Shown one piece after another: positions 17,478-27,586 of a stretch of DNA of 46,493 nt. Source of the stretch: Candidatus Nealsonbacteria bacterium DGGOD1a (GTDB taxonomy: Bacteria > Patescibacteriota > Minisyncoccia > Minisyncoccales > UBA5738); the NCBI GenBank assembly GCA_022530585.1, contig CP092821.1:392222-438714 (forward strand), read 5' to 3'. The notes beneath the pieces were generated by a model, which did not search any database, had not been told where the DNA came from, and was given only the letters and a program-made list of their open reading frames with translations. The translations under genes were made by a program, and so were the position numbers. How positions within the stretch are numbered: the stretch's first letter is position 1; each line of letters begins with the position of its first letter.

Positions 17478-18488
17478 GTGGTGCCAAAAAATATGAAGGA
17501 AAAAATTGGGCAAAATAAAATAGTTATTTACAAAACCGCGAAAAACGAGGTGGAGTTAAGCGTGCGGCTTGAAAAGGAAACTGCGTGGCTTTCGCTGGAT
17601 CAGATTGCAGATTTGTTCAACAGGGATAAATCGGCAGTTTCTCGTCATATTAAGAATATTTTTAAAGAAAAAGAATTATTTAAAAAATCAGTTGTTGCAA
17701 ATTTTGCAACAACTGCGGCGGATGGAAAAATATACAAAGTGGATTATTATAATTTGGATGTAATCATATCGGTTGGCTATAGGGTTAATTCGGCGCGAGC
17801 AACGCAGTTTCGTATTTGGGCAACTAAAATGCTAAAAAATTATTTGGTTAAGGGTTACGCAATCAACGAAAAGAGGATTTTGGAGGCAAAAGAGAAATTT
17901 GCGGAACTGCAAAGCGTGATTTATTTTTTAGAAGAAAAATCAAAGACGGAATTATTGGCGGGACAAGAAAGCGAAATTTTGAATTTGCTTTCCGGTTACG
18001 CGAAAACACTTTCTTTGCTTGAGCAATACGATAAGGGTGAGATTTCGGAGAGTAAGGGCGCAAAAACAAAGTATGTTTTGAAATATGATGATTGCGTTGA
18101 GGTTATCGCCAAAATTAAGGTGGATTTAATGGGTAAAAGCGAGGCAAGCGACCTTTTTGGTAGCCAAAGAGACGGAAATTTTGAGGGAATTATCGGCGCG
18201 CTATATCAGTCGTTTGGTGGCCAAGTTTTATATCCCGCGCTTGAAGACAAGGCGGCGCATTTGCTATACTTGATTATCAAAGACCATCCGTTTTCTGATG
18301 GCAACAAGCGGATCGGTTCGTTTTTGTTTGTATATTTTTTGGACAAAACAAACACGCTTTATCGCCAGTCGGGCGAGCGCAAAATTAATGATAACGCGTT
18401 AACGGCATTGGCGTTGTTGGTTGCCCAAAGCGATCGGAAAGAAAAAGAAATAATGATAAAAATTATTAAAAATCTAATCGCGGATTAA
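17478..18488 (+). CDS. RhuM-family N-terminal domain fused to a Fic/Doc domain
   Basis: The N-terminus (TAWLSLDQIADLF...VISVGYRVNSARATQFRIWATK) is RhuM-like. The C-terminal HPFSDGNKRIGS is a Fic/Doc active-site motif. An alternative start is the ATG at 17493. Confidence 0.75.
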   Translation: MVPKNMKEKIGQNKIVIYKTAKNEVELSVRLEKETAWLSLDQIADLFNRDKSAVSRHIKNIFKEKELFKKSVVANFATTAADGKIYKVDYYNLDVIISVGYRVNSARATQFRIWATKMLKNYLVKGYAINEKRILEAKEKFAELQSVIYFLEEKSKTELLAGQESEILNLLSGYAKTLSLLEQYDKGEISESKGAKTKYVLKYDDCVEVIAKIKVDLMGKSEASDLFGSQRDGNFEGIIGALYQSFGGQVLYPALEDKAAHLLYLIIKDHPFSDGNKRIGSFLFVYFLDKTNTLYRQSGERKINDNALTALALLVAQSDRKEKEIMIKIIKNLIAD

Positions 18489-18497
18489 AACAATACT

Positions 18498-20915
18498 ATG
18501 GAAACAGAAAATCAAAATATGAAGCAAGATATCAATCAAAATATCAACCAGAAAAATGTGGTTTGGTTTAAGGAGGTGACCAAGAAGGATGTGGAGTTGG
18601 TGGGCGGGAAGAACGGGTCGTTGGGCGAGATGTTTTCCCAGCTGGGCGAAAAAGGCGTGCCGGTGCCCAACGGATTTATCACCACCAGCACGGCTTTTTG
18701 GCGTTATTTGAAATTCAACGGGATCGATAAAAAATTGGGAGATATATTCAACGGCTTGGATGTCAATAATCTAAAACAGCTCAAAAAAGCCAGCATTGCC
18801 GCGCGCAATCTGGTGCTTAAAGGAGAATTTCCGCCGGATTTTAAAAATGAAATTTTGGCGGCCTACAAGGAATTGTCGGCATATTACAAAACCAAAAATT
18901 TGAATGTGGCGGTGCGGTCGTCCGCGACCGCGGAAGATTTGGCCGGAGCGTCGTTTGCTGGCGCGCACGAAACTTATCTAAACATCGATACGCCCGCGGA
19001 ACTGCTGGACGCGGTGAAGAAATGCATTTCGTCGTTGTATTTGGATCGGGCGATCGTTTATCGCGCCGAAAAAGGTTTTGACACGCTCAAAGTGGCGCTG
19101 TCGGTGGGCGTGATGAAAATGGTGCGTTCGGATATGGCTTCCGCCGGGATTATGTTTACCTTGGACACGGAAACCGGATTTCGCAACGCGGTATTGATAA
19201 ATTCAATCTACGGCGCGGGGGAAATGATCGTGAAAGGCCATGTGGTGGCCGATCAATATTATGTTTTTAAGCCCGCCCTTAAAGCTGGAAAAACCGCGAT
19301 TATTTCCAAAACATTGGGCAACAAAGACATTAAATATATTTTTGACAAGAAAGTCGGCTTGAAAGAAATGAAAGTTTCGGCGAAGGATCGGGCGAAATTT
19401 TCGCTCACCGACAAAGAAGCCGAACAGCTGGCCAAATGGGCGGTGATCATCGAAGAGCATTACCAAGGGCCGCAGGACATTGAATGGGCCAAAGACGGTA
19501 AGAGCGGCCAGTTGTTCATTGTTCAAGCGCGGCCCGAAACCATCTATGCCGGAAACGAAGGCAAAAATGTGTACGAAGAATATGAAGTTAAAACCAACGC
19601 CAAACCGCTGGTAACCGGAATCGCCGTGGGGAACAAGATCGGCCAGGGCAAAATCCACATCATTCCCAATGTCAAACAGATCAACCAATTCAAGAAAGGC
19701 GAGATTTTGGTTACGAATATGACCGATCCGGACTGGGTGCCGATCATGCGCATCGCTTCGGCGATCGTGACCGACGAAGGCACCAAAACCTGCCACGCGG
19801 CCATTGTCTCGCGCGAACTGGGCACGCCCTGCATCGTGGGCGCGAGAAACGCCACCAAAGCGTTAAAAAGCGGGGTGATGGCCACGGCCGATTGCACGCA
19901 GGGGTTGGAAGGCCGGGTTTACGCCGGAAAAATTCCTTATGAGAAAAAAGAATACGATCTGGGCGCGGTTCCGGAATTGCCGACAAAGATTATGCTTAAT
20001 GTGGGCACTCCCGAAGGCGCGTTCAAAGCGTCGTTTTTGCCCAATGACGGCGTGGGATTGGCGCGAGTGGAATTTATTTTTGCCGACAAAGTGAAAGTGC
20101 ATCCGCTGGCGTTGATAAATTTCGCTAAATTAAAAGACAAAAAAGTTAAGGCGCAGATTGAGCGGATCACCGCCGGCTACAAAGACAAAAAAGAATTTTT
20201 CGTGGATAAGCTCGCCGAAGGTATTGCTACGATCGCCGCGGCGTTTTATCCCAAACATGTGATCGTGCGGTTTTCGGATTTTAAAACCAACGAGTACAGT
20301 GCGCTGTTGGGCGGCAAAGACTATGAGCCTTTGGAATCCAATCCGATGATCGGCTGGCGCGGCGCGTCCCGTTATTACGACCCGCGCTTCGAGCCGGCGT
20401 TTGCGATGGAATGCGCGGCGATTAAAAAAGTGAGGGAAGCTATGGGTTTGGACAATGTGTGGGTGATGGTTCCTTTTTGCCGTACGGTTGAGGAAGGCGG
20501 GAAAGTTATCGATGTGATGAAAAAGAACGGTTTGGAATCAAACGCCAACGGTTTGAAAATTATGGTGATGTGCGAGATTCCTTCCAATGTGATTTTAGCC
20601 GACCGATTTTTGGATATTTTCGACGGAATGTCGATCGGTTCCAACGACTTGACGCAGTTGGCACTGGGTTTGGATCGCGATGCCGGCCAGCTCACGCACA
20701 TTGCCGACGAGAACAACGAAGCAGTGAAAATTTTAGTGGCGCAGGCGATCAAAGCTTGCAAGGCCAGAGGCAAATATATCGGCATTTGCGGCCAAGCCCC
20801 CAGCGACTATCCGGAATTCGCGGAATTTATTATGAAAGAAGGCATCGAAACCATGTCGCTCAATCCCGACAGCGTGATGAAAACGATTATCAAATTGGGC
20901 GGTCTGCGGAAATAA
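18498..20915 (+). CDS. ppsA: phosphoenolpyruvate synthase (pyruvate, water dikinase)
   Basis: 805 aa with an ATP-grasp N-terminus, the phosphohistidine region TKTCHAAIVSRELG and a PEP-utilising C-terminal domain containing GSNDLTQ. Confidence 0.92.
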   Translation: METENQNMKQDINQNINQKNVVWFKEVTKKDVELVGGKNGSLGEMFSQLGEKGVPVPNGFITTSTAFWRYLKFNGIDKKLGDIFNGLDVNNLKQLKKASIAARNLVLKGEFPPDFKNEILAAYKELSAYYKTKNLNVAVRSSATAEDLAGASFAGAHETYLNIDTPAELLDAVKKCISSLYLDRAIVYRAEKGFDTLKVALSVGVMKMVRSDMASAGIMFTLDTETGFRNAVLINSIYGAGEMIVKGHVVADQYYVFKPALKAGKTAIISKTLGNKDIKYIFDKKVGLKEMKVSAKDRAKFSLTDKEAEQLAKWAVIIEEHYQGPQDIEWAKDGKSGQLFIVQARPETIYAGNEGKNVYEEYEVKTNAKPLVTGIAVGNKIGQGKIHIIPNVKQINQFKKGEILVTNMTDPDWVPIMRIASAIVTDEGTKTCHAAIVSRELGTPCIVGARNATKALKSGVMATADCTQGLEGRVYAGKIPYEKKEYDLGAVPELPTKIMLNVGTPEGAFKASFLPNDGVGLARVEFIFADKVKVHPLALINFAKLKDKKVKAQIERITAGYKDKKEFFVDKLAEGIATIAAAFYPKHVIVRFSDFKTNEYSALLGGKDYEPLESNPMIGWRGASRYYDPRFEPAFAMECAAIKKVREAMGLDNVWVMVPFCRTVEEGGKVIDVMKKNGLESNANGLKIMVMCEIPSNVILADRFLDIFDGMSIGSNDLTQLALGLDRDAGQLTHIADENNEAVKILVAQAIKACKARGKYIGICGQAPSDYPEFAEFIMKEGIETMSLNPDSVMKTIIKLGGLRK

Positions 20916-21189
20916 AAAAGGCAACTTTAATTTGCCAATTTATCTCCGATATATGATCCCGCATAGACTAATACACAACCAAAAAGGATCGCTACGATTT
21001 CGATCAGATTATTTTTAACGATCAAATCTAAATTTGGGATCACCACTATCAGATATAGCAAAAACCCTGCGATTGTGCCTATCAATGTATGTATGAAAAT
21101 CACCTCGTTTTAAGACTATAATAAAAATTGACTTTGTCAACACTCGAGTTTGTTTTATTTGTTTGGAAATTGAAAATTATTTTAACTCT

Positions 21190-22185
21190 ATGTTTGATGC
21201 AATTACTTTCGGGAGCGCGGCGTGGGACGCGTTTATGGATCTGCCGCCAAAATTCGTTAAAAAAAGCGCGCATTTCACTCCGGCAAAGAATTTGGTTTTT
21301 GATCTGGGATCAAAAATCGATGTTCCCGCAACGCGGTTTGCCTTTGGCGGGGGCGGCGTGAATACCGCCCGGACATTCGCCGCGCAGGGTCTTGATACCG
21401 CCTATTGCGGCATGGTGGGCGACGACATTCCCGGCCGTGAAGCGATTGAGTATCTGAAAGGATTGGGCGTTGACGCTTCAATGGCGGTGAAAACCGATAA
21501 AATTTCCACCAACAGTTCCGTGGTGCTGAACGCTCCGGGGATGGATCGCGTGATTTTGGTTTATCGCGGCGCGTCGGAATTGTTGGAAAACAAAAATATC
21601 CAATGGGACAAAATGAACGCCAAATTGTTTTATTTGGCGCCGTTGTCGGGCAAATTATGCCGTCTGACCGAGCAAATCACCGCGCATGCCAAAAAACAAG
21701 GCGCGATGGTGGCGGCCAATTTGGGCAATTCACAACTGGAGATGGGGCGGGCGTGCATTAAAGGTCTGCTGGCGCGGATTGATGTTTTGATATTGAATCT
21801 TGAGGAGGCCGCGGCGATGACGGGAGCGAATTGCGCCGATGAAGCAAGGATTATCAAAAGAATCGTCTATATGCATCCGAAAATCAATGTGATCACGAAA
21901 GGCAAGGACGGCGCGATAATCATTGCCGGCGAGAAAATCTATGAGGCAAAATTAAAACCCTTTAAGGTTGTCGATGTCACCGGCGCCGGAGACGCGTTCG
22001 CTTCAGGATTTATGTCGGGAATGATGGCAAGCGGCAACGATGTCGAATATTCAATGAAGCTGGCGCTGGTTAACGCCAAACATTGCTTGTCTTCGCGCGG
22101 CTCCGAAGGCCTGCCGGCAAAACAGAATCGCCACTTGATCGAGCAAGAAAACATCAAAGTCAAAATCCGTCCGTTGAAAGATTGA
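21190..22185 (+). CDS. PfkB-family carbohydrate kinase
   Basis: FGGGGVN and DVTGAGDAFASGF motifs. I prefer the ATG at 21190 over the TTG at 21163. Confidence 0.8.
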   Translation: MFDAITFGSAAWDAFMDLPPKFVKKSAHFTPAKNLVFDLGSKIDVPATRFAFGGGGVNTARTFAAQGLDTAYCGMVGDDIPGREAIEYLKGLGVDASMAVKTDKISTNSSVVLNAPGMDRVILVYRGASELLENKNIQWDKMNAKLFYLAPLSGKLCRLTEQITAHAKKQGAMVAANLGNSQLEMGRACIKGLLARIDVLILNLEEAAAMTGANCADEARIIKRIVYMHPKINVITKGKDGAIIIAGEKIYEAKLKPFKVVDVTGAGDAFASGFMSGMMASGNDVEYSMKLALVNAKHCLSSRGSEGLPAKQNRHLIEQENIKVKIRPLKD

Positions 22186-22281
22186 ATTCGATTGCCGGCG
22201 AGGTTTGACAATCGGCGAGGTTTGATTTTGCCATTGCGCGTTTTCTGCTATAATCTAAATAAAGAAGTTTAAATTAACATT

Positions 22282-23485
22282 ATGAAAATAACGATTAGCG
22301 TGATCAAGGCGGATTTGGGCGCGATCGGCGGGCATATCCGCCCGTCAAAAGATTTGCTGGCGGCGGTGGAAAATCACATCAAAACGAAAAGCAAGGGAAT
22401 TTTGATTGATTGGCGCGTTAGTTTCACCGGCGACGACATCGCGATTTTGGCGACGCACAACAAAGGTATTGAAAATGAAAAAGTGCACCGGCTTTGCTGG
22501 GACGCGTTTATCGCGGGAATGAAAGTCGCCAAAGATCAGGGGCTTTACGGCGCGGGCCAGGATTTGTTAAATCTCAAATTTTGCGGAACATGCAAAGGGC
22601 TGGGGCCGGCGTGCGCGGAAATGGAATTTGAAGAACGCGACGCCGAGCCGTTCTTGATGATTGCCGCGGACAAAACCGATCCGGGAGCGTTTAATTTGCC
22701 GCTCTATTTGTCGTTTTGCGATCCGATGCACAATGCCGGCTTGGTGATTTCGCCGAAAATCCGGCAGGGATATGTCTTTCGCATTGTTGATTTATTGCCT
22801 TCGGATGAAGCAAAATCCATTGAACTGAAATCTCCCGAGGAAATCTATGATATCGCGGTGTTGTTGCGCGATCAGGAAAGATTCGCGATCGAGTCGATTG
22901 TTTCGCGCGCCGACGGCGAAATCGCGGCGGTTGCCAGCACCACCCGTTTGCACAACATTGCCGGCAAATATGCCGGAAAAGACGATCCGGTGATGATTGT
23001 CAGAACGCAAAAGGGGTTTCCGGGATCGGGGGAAATTTTGTCGCCCTATTCGATAGGACATCTGGTGGCCGGGTTTATGCGCGGATCGCATCACGGCCCT
23101 CAGAACGCAAAAGGGGTTTCCGGGATCGGGGGAAATTTTGTCGCCCTATTCGATAGGACATCTGGTGGCCGGGTTTATGCGCGGATCGCATCACGGCCCG
23201 CTAATGCCGGTCAAGCAGAATACCGCGATTTCGTTTTTCGACGGGCCGCCGATCGTGAGCGCCGCGGCCTACGGCATTCATAATGGCAAGCTCACCGAAG
23301 CCGCGGATTGCTTTGATCAGCCGTATTGGGATTATGTCCGATCGCGCGTTTCCCGAAAAGCCGAAGACATCCGGCGGCAAGGGTTTTTTGGGCCAGCGAT
23401 GCTGGGAATGGGGGAACTGGAATACACCGAAATGGCGCCCATCTTGAAAAATTTAGAAAAAAGGTTTAAAGTACAAGAGAAATAG
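22282..23485 (+). pseudogene. fbp: bifunctional fructose-1,6-bisphosphate aldolase/phosphatase (class V, archaeal type), frame-disrupted by a 100-bp tandem duplication
   Basis: TISVIKADLGAIGGH, GKYAGKDDPVMIVR and MRGSHHGPLMPV motifs. The two ORFs 22282..23283 and 23138..23485 become one 367-codon frame if one repeat copy is removed. Confidence 0.85.
23000..23199 (+). repeat. perfect 2 x 100-bp tandem direct repeat inside fbp
   Basis: 23000-23099 is identical to 23100-23199 by direct reading. Confidence 0.97.
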
Positions 23486-23555
23486 CGGCTTTTCTTAAAA
23501 TCTGTTATCGCGTTTTTCTTGGTGGATGCGGCAATAAGCGATTTTTTTAGAAGCC

Positions 23556-23984
23556 ATGTTTAAAATTTACATTAAAATAGCGGTGGCGGCGCTGGTAACG
23601 GGAATTATTGTTTTTTTGTCTTTCAAGTTGGCGGTCAAGCCAGTGCGGATATCCATTGACCGAGCCGACTACAAAATCGGCGATTCGCTTGAAGTGGCGA
23701 TTAAAAACAATTTCAATCGGCAAATATGTTTTTCGTCGTGTTATCCTTACTTGATCGAGAGGGAAACCGAAGATCATAATTGGACGGCATATCCTTATTC
23801 GGAATGCGGCCACGATCTTGTTCACAAGTGCATCGAGCCGGGCGCGGAACGGAAGTTTCGTTTGGCCATGGATGAAGTTGAACCCGGCCAAAACCGCTTG
23901 AAAATACCGATCTGCGTTGATTGCCAAGGGCGGGTTTTCAGCGCCGAATTTGCCTATTATTCGAATAATTTCGATATTAAATAA
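23556..23984 (+). CDS. hypothetical membrane-anchored or secreted protein (142 aa)
   Basis: N-terminal TM/signal helix and a Cys-containing domain. Confidence 0.5.
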   Translation: MFKIYIKIAVAALVTGIIVFLSFKLAVKPVRISIDRADYKIGDSLEVAIKNNFNRQICFSSCYPYLIERETEDHNWTAYPYSECGHDLVHKCIEPGAERKFRLAMDEVEPGQNRLKIPICVDCQGRVFSAEFAYYSNNFDIK

Positions 23985-24023
23985 TCACTAAAACAGTTCA
24001 TCTCTGCGGAGAACCAAAATTAT

Positions 24024-24695
24024 ATGCTTACGCTTAAATCAAAATCAAGAACAGAACTTGGCCGCGACACGCAAGAATTGCGCCAGAACGGGTTTATTCC
24101 GGCGGTATTGTACGGCCCGGGTATTGCCAACAAGAACATCGCGGTCGATATCAAAGAATTCGTGAAGATGTTTCGCCAGTCGGGCAAAAGCTCGTTGATA
24201 TCTCTGGCGGTCGAGGGCGAAAAAAACAGTTTTATGGTGCTGATCAACGACATTGACACCGATCCGGTGTCGGGCAATATCATCCATGCCGATCTTTATC
24301 AGCCGGACTTGACCAAAGAAATCGAAGCCGAAGTGCCGCTGGTGTTCGAAGGCGAATCGCCGGCCGTCAAAGATTTGGGAGGCACATTGGTTAAAAATAT
24401 CTCCGATATTACCGTGAAAGCTCTGCCGGCCGATCTGCCGCGCGAAATCAAGGTTGACATTTCCAAACTCGCCACTTTCGAAGATGCCATTCTGGTTAAG
24501 GATTTGATCATCGGCGATAAAGTGGAATTGCTCAAGAATCCCGACGAGATCGTGGCTTTGGCCGCTCCGGTGCAAAAAGTGGAAGAAGAACTGGAAAAAC
24601 CGATTGAAGAAAAAGTCGAGGAAGTCGGCACAGTGGAGAAAAAGGAGAAGGATGTGGTTACCGAAGAAGAAGCCGCTCCGACGGCGAAGAAGTAG
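24024..24695 (+). CDS. rplY: 50S ribosomal protein L25/general stress protein Ctc form
   Basis: RQNGFIPAVLYG motif and a long acidic/Lys C-terminal tail. Confidence 0.88.
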   Translation: MLTLKSKSRTELGRDTQELRQNGFIPAVLYGPGIANKNIAVDIKEFVKMFRQSGKSSLISLAVEGEKNSFMVLINDIDTDPVSGNIIHADLYQPDLTKEIEAEVPLVFEGESPAVKDLGGTLVKNISDITVKALPADLPREIKVDISKLATFEDAILVKDLIIGDKVELLKNPDEIVALAAPVQKVEEELEKPIEEKVEEVGTVEKKEKDVVTEEEAAPTAKK

Positions 24696-24712
24696 TTTTC
24701 CGATTGTTTACG

Positions 24713-24745
24713 GCGCCCGCGGTTGCAAAATCGCGGGCGTTTGCG
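24713..24745 (+). terminator. intrinsic terminator after rplY
   Basis: gcgcccgcg-gttgcaaaat-cgcgggcg followed by tttgcgtt. Confidence 0.55.
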
Positions 24746-24782
24746 TTAAGATAGGTAGTGTGGGAGTGTAACAGCTAATATA

Positions 24783-24939
24783 CTTTGAATTGCGAAACTA
24801 GCGTTTGGGGAAATTTGACTTCAGTTTTTGGGAAGTCAATTTTCACCAAACGCGGCGGTTGCCGCGCGAATTCTAAAATCAAATTTCCGCGATTACGCCG
24901 AAAATTGATTTCAGAATTCGCTAGTTTCGCAATTTAGAG
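24783..24939. mobile_element. MITE-like element, family A, folding as an outer stem closing three hairpins
   Basis: Left end ctttgaattgcgaaac has one mismatch to the IS TIR; right end is gtttcgcaatttagag. A 16-bp outer stem (aattgcgaaactagcg) encloses three internal hairpins. Confidence 0.7.
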
Positions 24940-24956
24940 TAGTAAATATATTAACA

Positions 24957-26312
24957 ATGAATACCAAACCAATAATCGCGATTTTTTCGGCATTGATATT
25001 GTTGTCCGCGTCCGGGCGGGAATTATTCGCGCAAGCGACAACGATTGAAACCGGCGAGTGCACCGACAAAGCGACTTGCCAGTCGCTTCTGGACAAATAC
25101 GAATCGTTATTGAAGCAGTATGATTCCGACATCACCAAAACCGCCGGAGAGAAAAAAACCTTGCAGAACCAAATTTCGGCGTTGAAGAAGAAAGCCGATT
25201 CGCTGGCAATTCAGATCAAGAAGAGCAATGCGATGATCGGGGACATCACGCTCCAGATTAGCGATACCGAGGATTCGGTGAAAACGACCGGCGAAAAGAT
25301 TAGCGATTCGCAAAGATATCTGGCGACGATCGTGCGCGCCATTGACGATGCCGACCAGACGCCGCTGATTCAATCGCTTTTGGCCGAGCGGAAATTGTCG
25401 GATTTCTTTGACAATCTGGTTTATCTGGAAAATTTGAACGAAAAATCAAACCGGATTTTGCAGGACATCAAAGGGTTGAAACAATCATTGGAGGATCAGA
25501 AAGTCGGCCTTGAAAACGAGAAGGGCGATTTGGAAGAAACCACCAAAATGAAAGAATTGCAAAGGCAGGCGCACGAACAAGCCAAAGCCGAATACAACAA
25601 AACTCTTTTGGTGAAAGATGCCGAATTAAAGCAAACAACCGAAGCCAAAAAATTGACCGCGCAAGTGATTCAAAAAATCAGGGAAAGGCTGTTTTCGCTG
25701 GCGGGCGTCGCCGATTCGGACGCGCCGAACTTTGAACAGGCCTACCAGATCGCCAAAACCGCGGGCGCGGCGACCGGAGTGCGGCCGGCGTTTTTATTGG
25801 CGATTTTGACGCAGGAATCGAATCTGGGCAAAAATGTGGGTCAGTGTTATATGACCAACGACGCGACTGGCGCGGGTATTAATATCAGGACCGGCGCCGC
25901 CACCGCCAAGGTAATGAAGCCGACGCGCGATGTGGCGCCGTTTATCGAAATCGTTACCGCGATCGGCAAAGATCCGCACGCGACCCGGGTTTCCTGCCCG
26001 ATGAGTTTCGGTTACGGCGGCGCGATGGGTCCGGGGCAATTTATTCCGTCCACATGGAAGCTTTACGCGTCGCGCTTGCAGGCGGTTTTGGGCCGTCCGG
26101 GAAACCCTTGGAACATCAATGACGCGTTTATGGCCACGGCTTTGTATGTTTCCGACTACGGCGCCACCAGCCAAACCACGGCGGGCGAATGGAAAGCGGC
26201 AATGATCTACTTTGCCGGCACGGTGAACACCAAGTACCGTTTCTACGGCGACAATGTCGTGGCGATCGCCCAAGGGTACGCGGACGATATTGCCGCGATC
26301 GAGGGAAGGTAA
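24957..26312 (+). CDS. secreted coiled-coil protein with a C-terminal lytic transglycosylase-like domain
   Basis: Signal/TM N-terminus and a long heptad-like region. LLAILTQESNLG resembles the SLT catalytic Glu-Ser motif. Confidence 0.65.
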   Translation: MNTKPIIAIFSALILLSASGRELFAQATTIETGECTDKATCQSLLDKYESLLKQYDSDITKTAGEKKTLQNQISALKKKADSLAIQIKKSNAMIGDITLQISDTEDSVKTTGEKISDSQRYLATIVRAIDDADQTPLIQSLLAERKLSDFFDNLVYLENLNEKSNRILQDIKGLKQSLEDQKVGLENEKGDLEETTKMKELQRQAHEQAKAEYNKTLLVKDAELKQTTEAKKLTAQVIQKIRERLFSLAGVADSDAPNFEQAYQIAKTAGAATGVRPAFLLAILTQESNLGKNVGQCYMTNDATGAGINIRTGAATAKVMKPTRDVAPFIEIVTAIGKDPHATRVSCPMSFGYGGAMGPGQFIPSTWKLYASRLQAVLGRPGNPWNINDAFMATALYVSDYGATSQTTAGEWKAAMIYFAGTVNTKYRFYGDNVVAIAQGYADDIAAIEGR

Positions 26313-26326
26313 TCCGCCGAAATCAT

Positions 26327-26437
26327 ATTTGAATACGATTTAAATCAAACGCGGCGGCAACCGCGCGAATTCTGAAATCAAATTTTCGCGATTACGCCGA
26401 AAATTGATTTCAGAATTCGCTGTTTCGCGATTCAAAG
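26327..26437. mobile_element. MITE-like element, family A (shorter copy)
   Basis: It shares the aaacgcggcgg..ccgcgcgaattctgaaatcaa...ttgatttcagaattcgc module with 24850-24920. The right end is gtttcgcgattcaaag. Confidence 0.65.
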
Positions 26438-26496
26438 AAATTAAGCAAAAACCGCATAAAGCGGTTTGTTCTTTCAATTTATGGCTCAATGCGCCA

Positions 26497-27549
26497 TTAT
26501 TCCGGTTTATCCAATTCTTCCTGCAGGGATTTGGAGATGTCTTCGATGTTGCCGTTGAAGATGCCTTCGATGTCGTGCCAGCTTTTTTTGATGCGATGGT
26601 CGGTGACGCGGTCTTGCGGAATATTGTAAGTGCGGATCTTTTCACTGCGCTCGCCGCCGCCGATCTGTTCCTTGCGGGCGCCGCCAAAGGCCGCGTTTTC
26701 ATCGGCCGTGCGTTTTTCCTGCAAGCGGTATTCAAGCAGGGCCATGGCGTTTTCGCGGTTTTGAAGTTGGTTGCGTTCGGTTTGCGAAAACACCGCCAGT
26801 CCGGTTGGGATATGCGTGATGCGCACCGCGGATTCGCGTTTGTTCACGAACTGGCCGCCCGGGCCGGACGACCGGCAAAATTCAATCCTGATTTCATCGG
26901 GCCGGATGGAAATTTCACTCTTTTTCGGTTTGGGCAAGACGGCCACGGTCGCGGTTGAAGTGTGGATGCGGCCGTTTTTTTCGGTTTCAGGAATGCGCTG
27001 GATGCGGTGCACGCCGCCTTCGTATTTCATCGCTTCCCAAACGCCCTTGCCTTTGAGCTCAAAAATTATCTCTTTATAACCGCCGATTTCGGTTTGGTTT
27101 GAGTCCAGAATTTTTTGATTCCAGCCTTTGGTTTGGGCAAAGCGCGCGTACATGCGGTAAATATCCGCCGCGAACAGCGCCGCTTCCTCGCCGCCGGTAC
27201 CGCCGCGGATTTCAACCACGATGGCATCCGGTCCGGCCGGTTTGTTCTCGCTTTTGATCAATTCTTGCGATTCCTTTTCCAGAATCGTTTGCCGAGCCTT
27301 TAATTGTTCGTTTTCAACCTCGGCCAGCGATGTCAATTCGGGGTCTTCTTCGGAGAGTATGATGAGCCGGTTTTCTTCGATTTTGTTGCCGATTTCTCTG
27401 ATCTCGCTTTCTTTTTCGATCAATTTTTCGAGAAATGACTTTCTTTTGTTGAGGGTTTCGAACTTTTCCCAATCGGAAATCAACTCAGGGTCGCTGAGTT
27501 GATTGAGAATTTTATCGTATTCTTGCCGGGGAGAAAGAGCTTGCGTCAT
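26497..27549 (-). CDS. prfA: peptide chain release factor 1
   Basis: GGQ motif (SGPGGQFVNK) and RIHTSTATVAVLP (PxT region). The ATG at 27549 avoids overlap with rpmE. Confidence 0.9.
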   Translation of the reverse strand: MTQALSPRQEYDKILNQLSDPELISDWEKFETLNKRKSFLEKLIEKESEIREIGNKIEENRLIILSEEDPELTSLAEVENEQLKARQTILEKESQELIKSENKPAGPDAIVVEIRGGTGGEEAALFAADIYRMYARFAQTKGWNQKILDSNQTEIGGYKEIIFELKGKGVWEAMKYEGGVHRIQRIPETEKNGRIHTSTATVAVLPKPKKSEISIRPDEIRIEFCRSSGPGGQFVNKRESAVRITHIPTGLAVFSQTERNQLQNRENAMALLEYRLQEKRTADENAAFGGARKEQIGGGERSEKIRTYNIPQDRVTDHRIKKSWHDIEGIFNGNIEDISKSLQEELDKPE

Positions 27550-27586
27550 TTTAATGATTGGGCAAAAAAGTTTTCCCGCTTTGAGA

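Noticed and set aside
20927-21110. Possible small membrane ORF on the minus strand between ppsA and the PfkB kinase gene
   Set aside because: The hydrophobic frame (..LYLIVVIPNLDLIVKNNLIEIVAILFGCVLVYAGSYIGDKLAN) has no in-frame ATG or GTG, only an internal TTG giving about 43 aa. The GTG-initiated frame hits TGA after 17 codons. The evidence is too weak to call.
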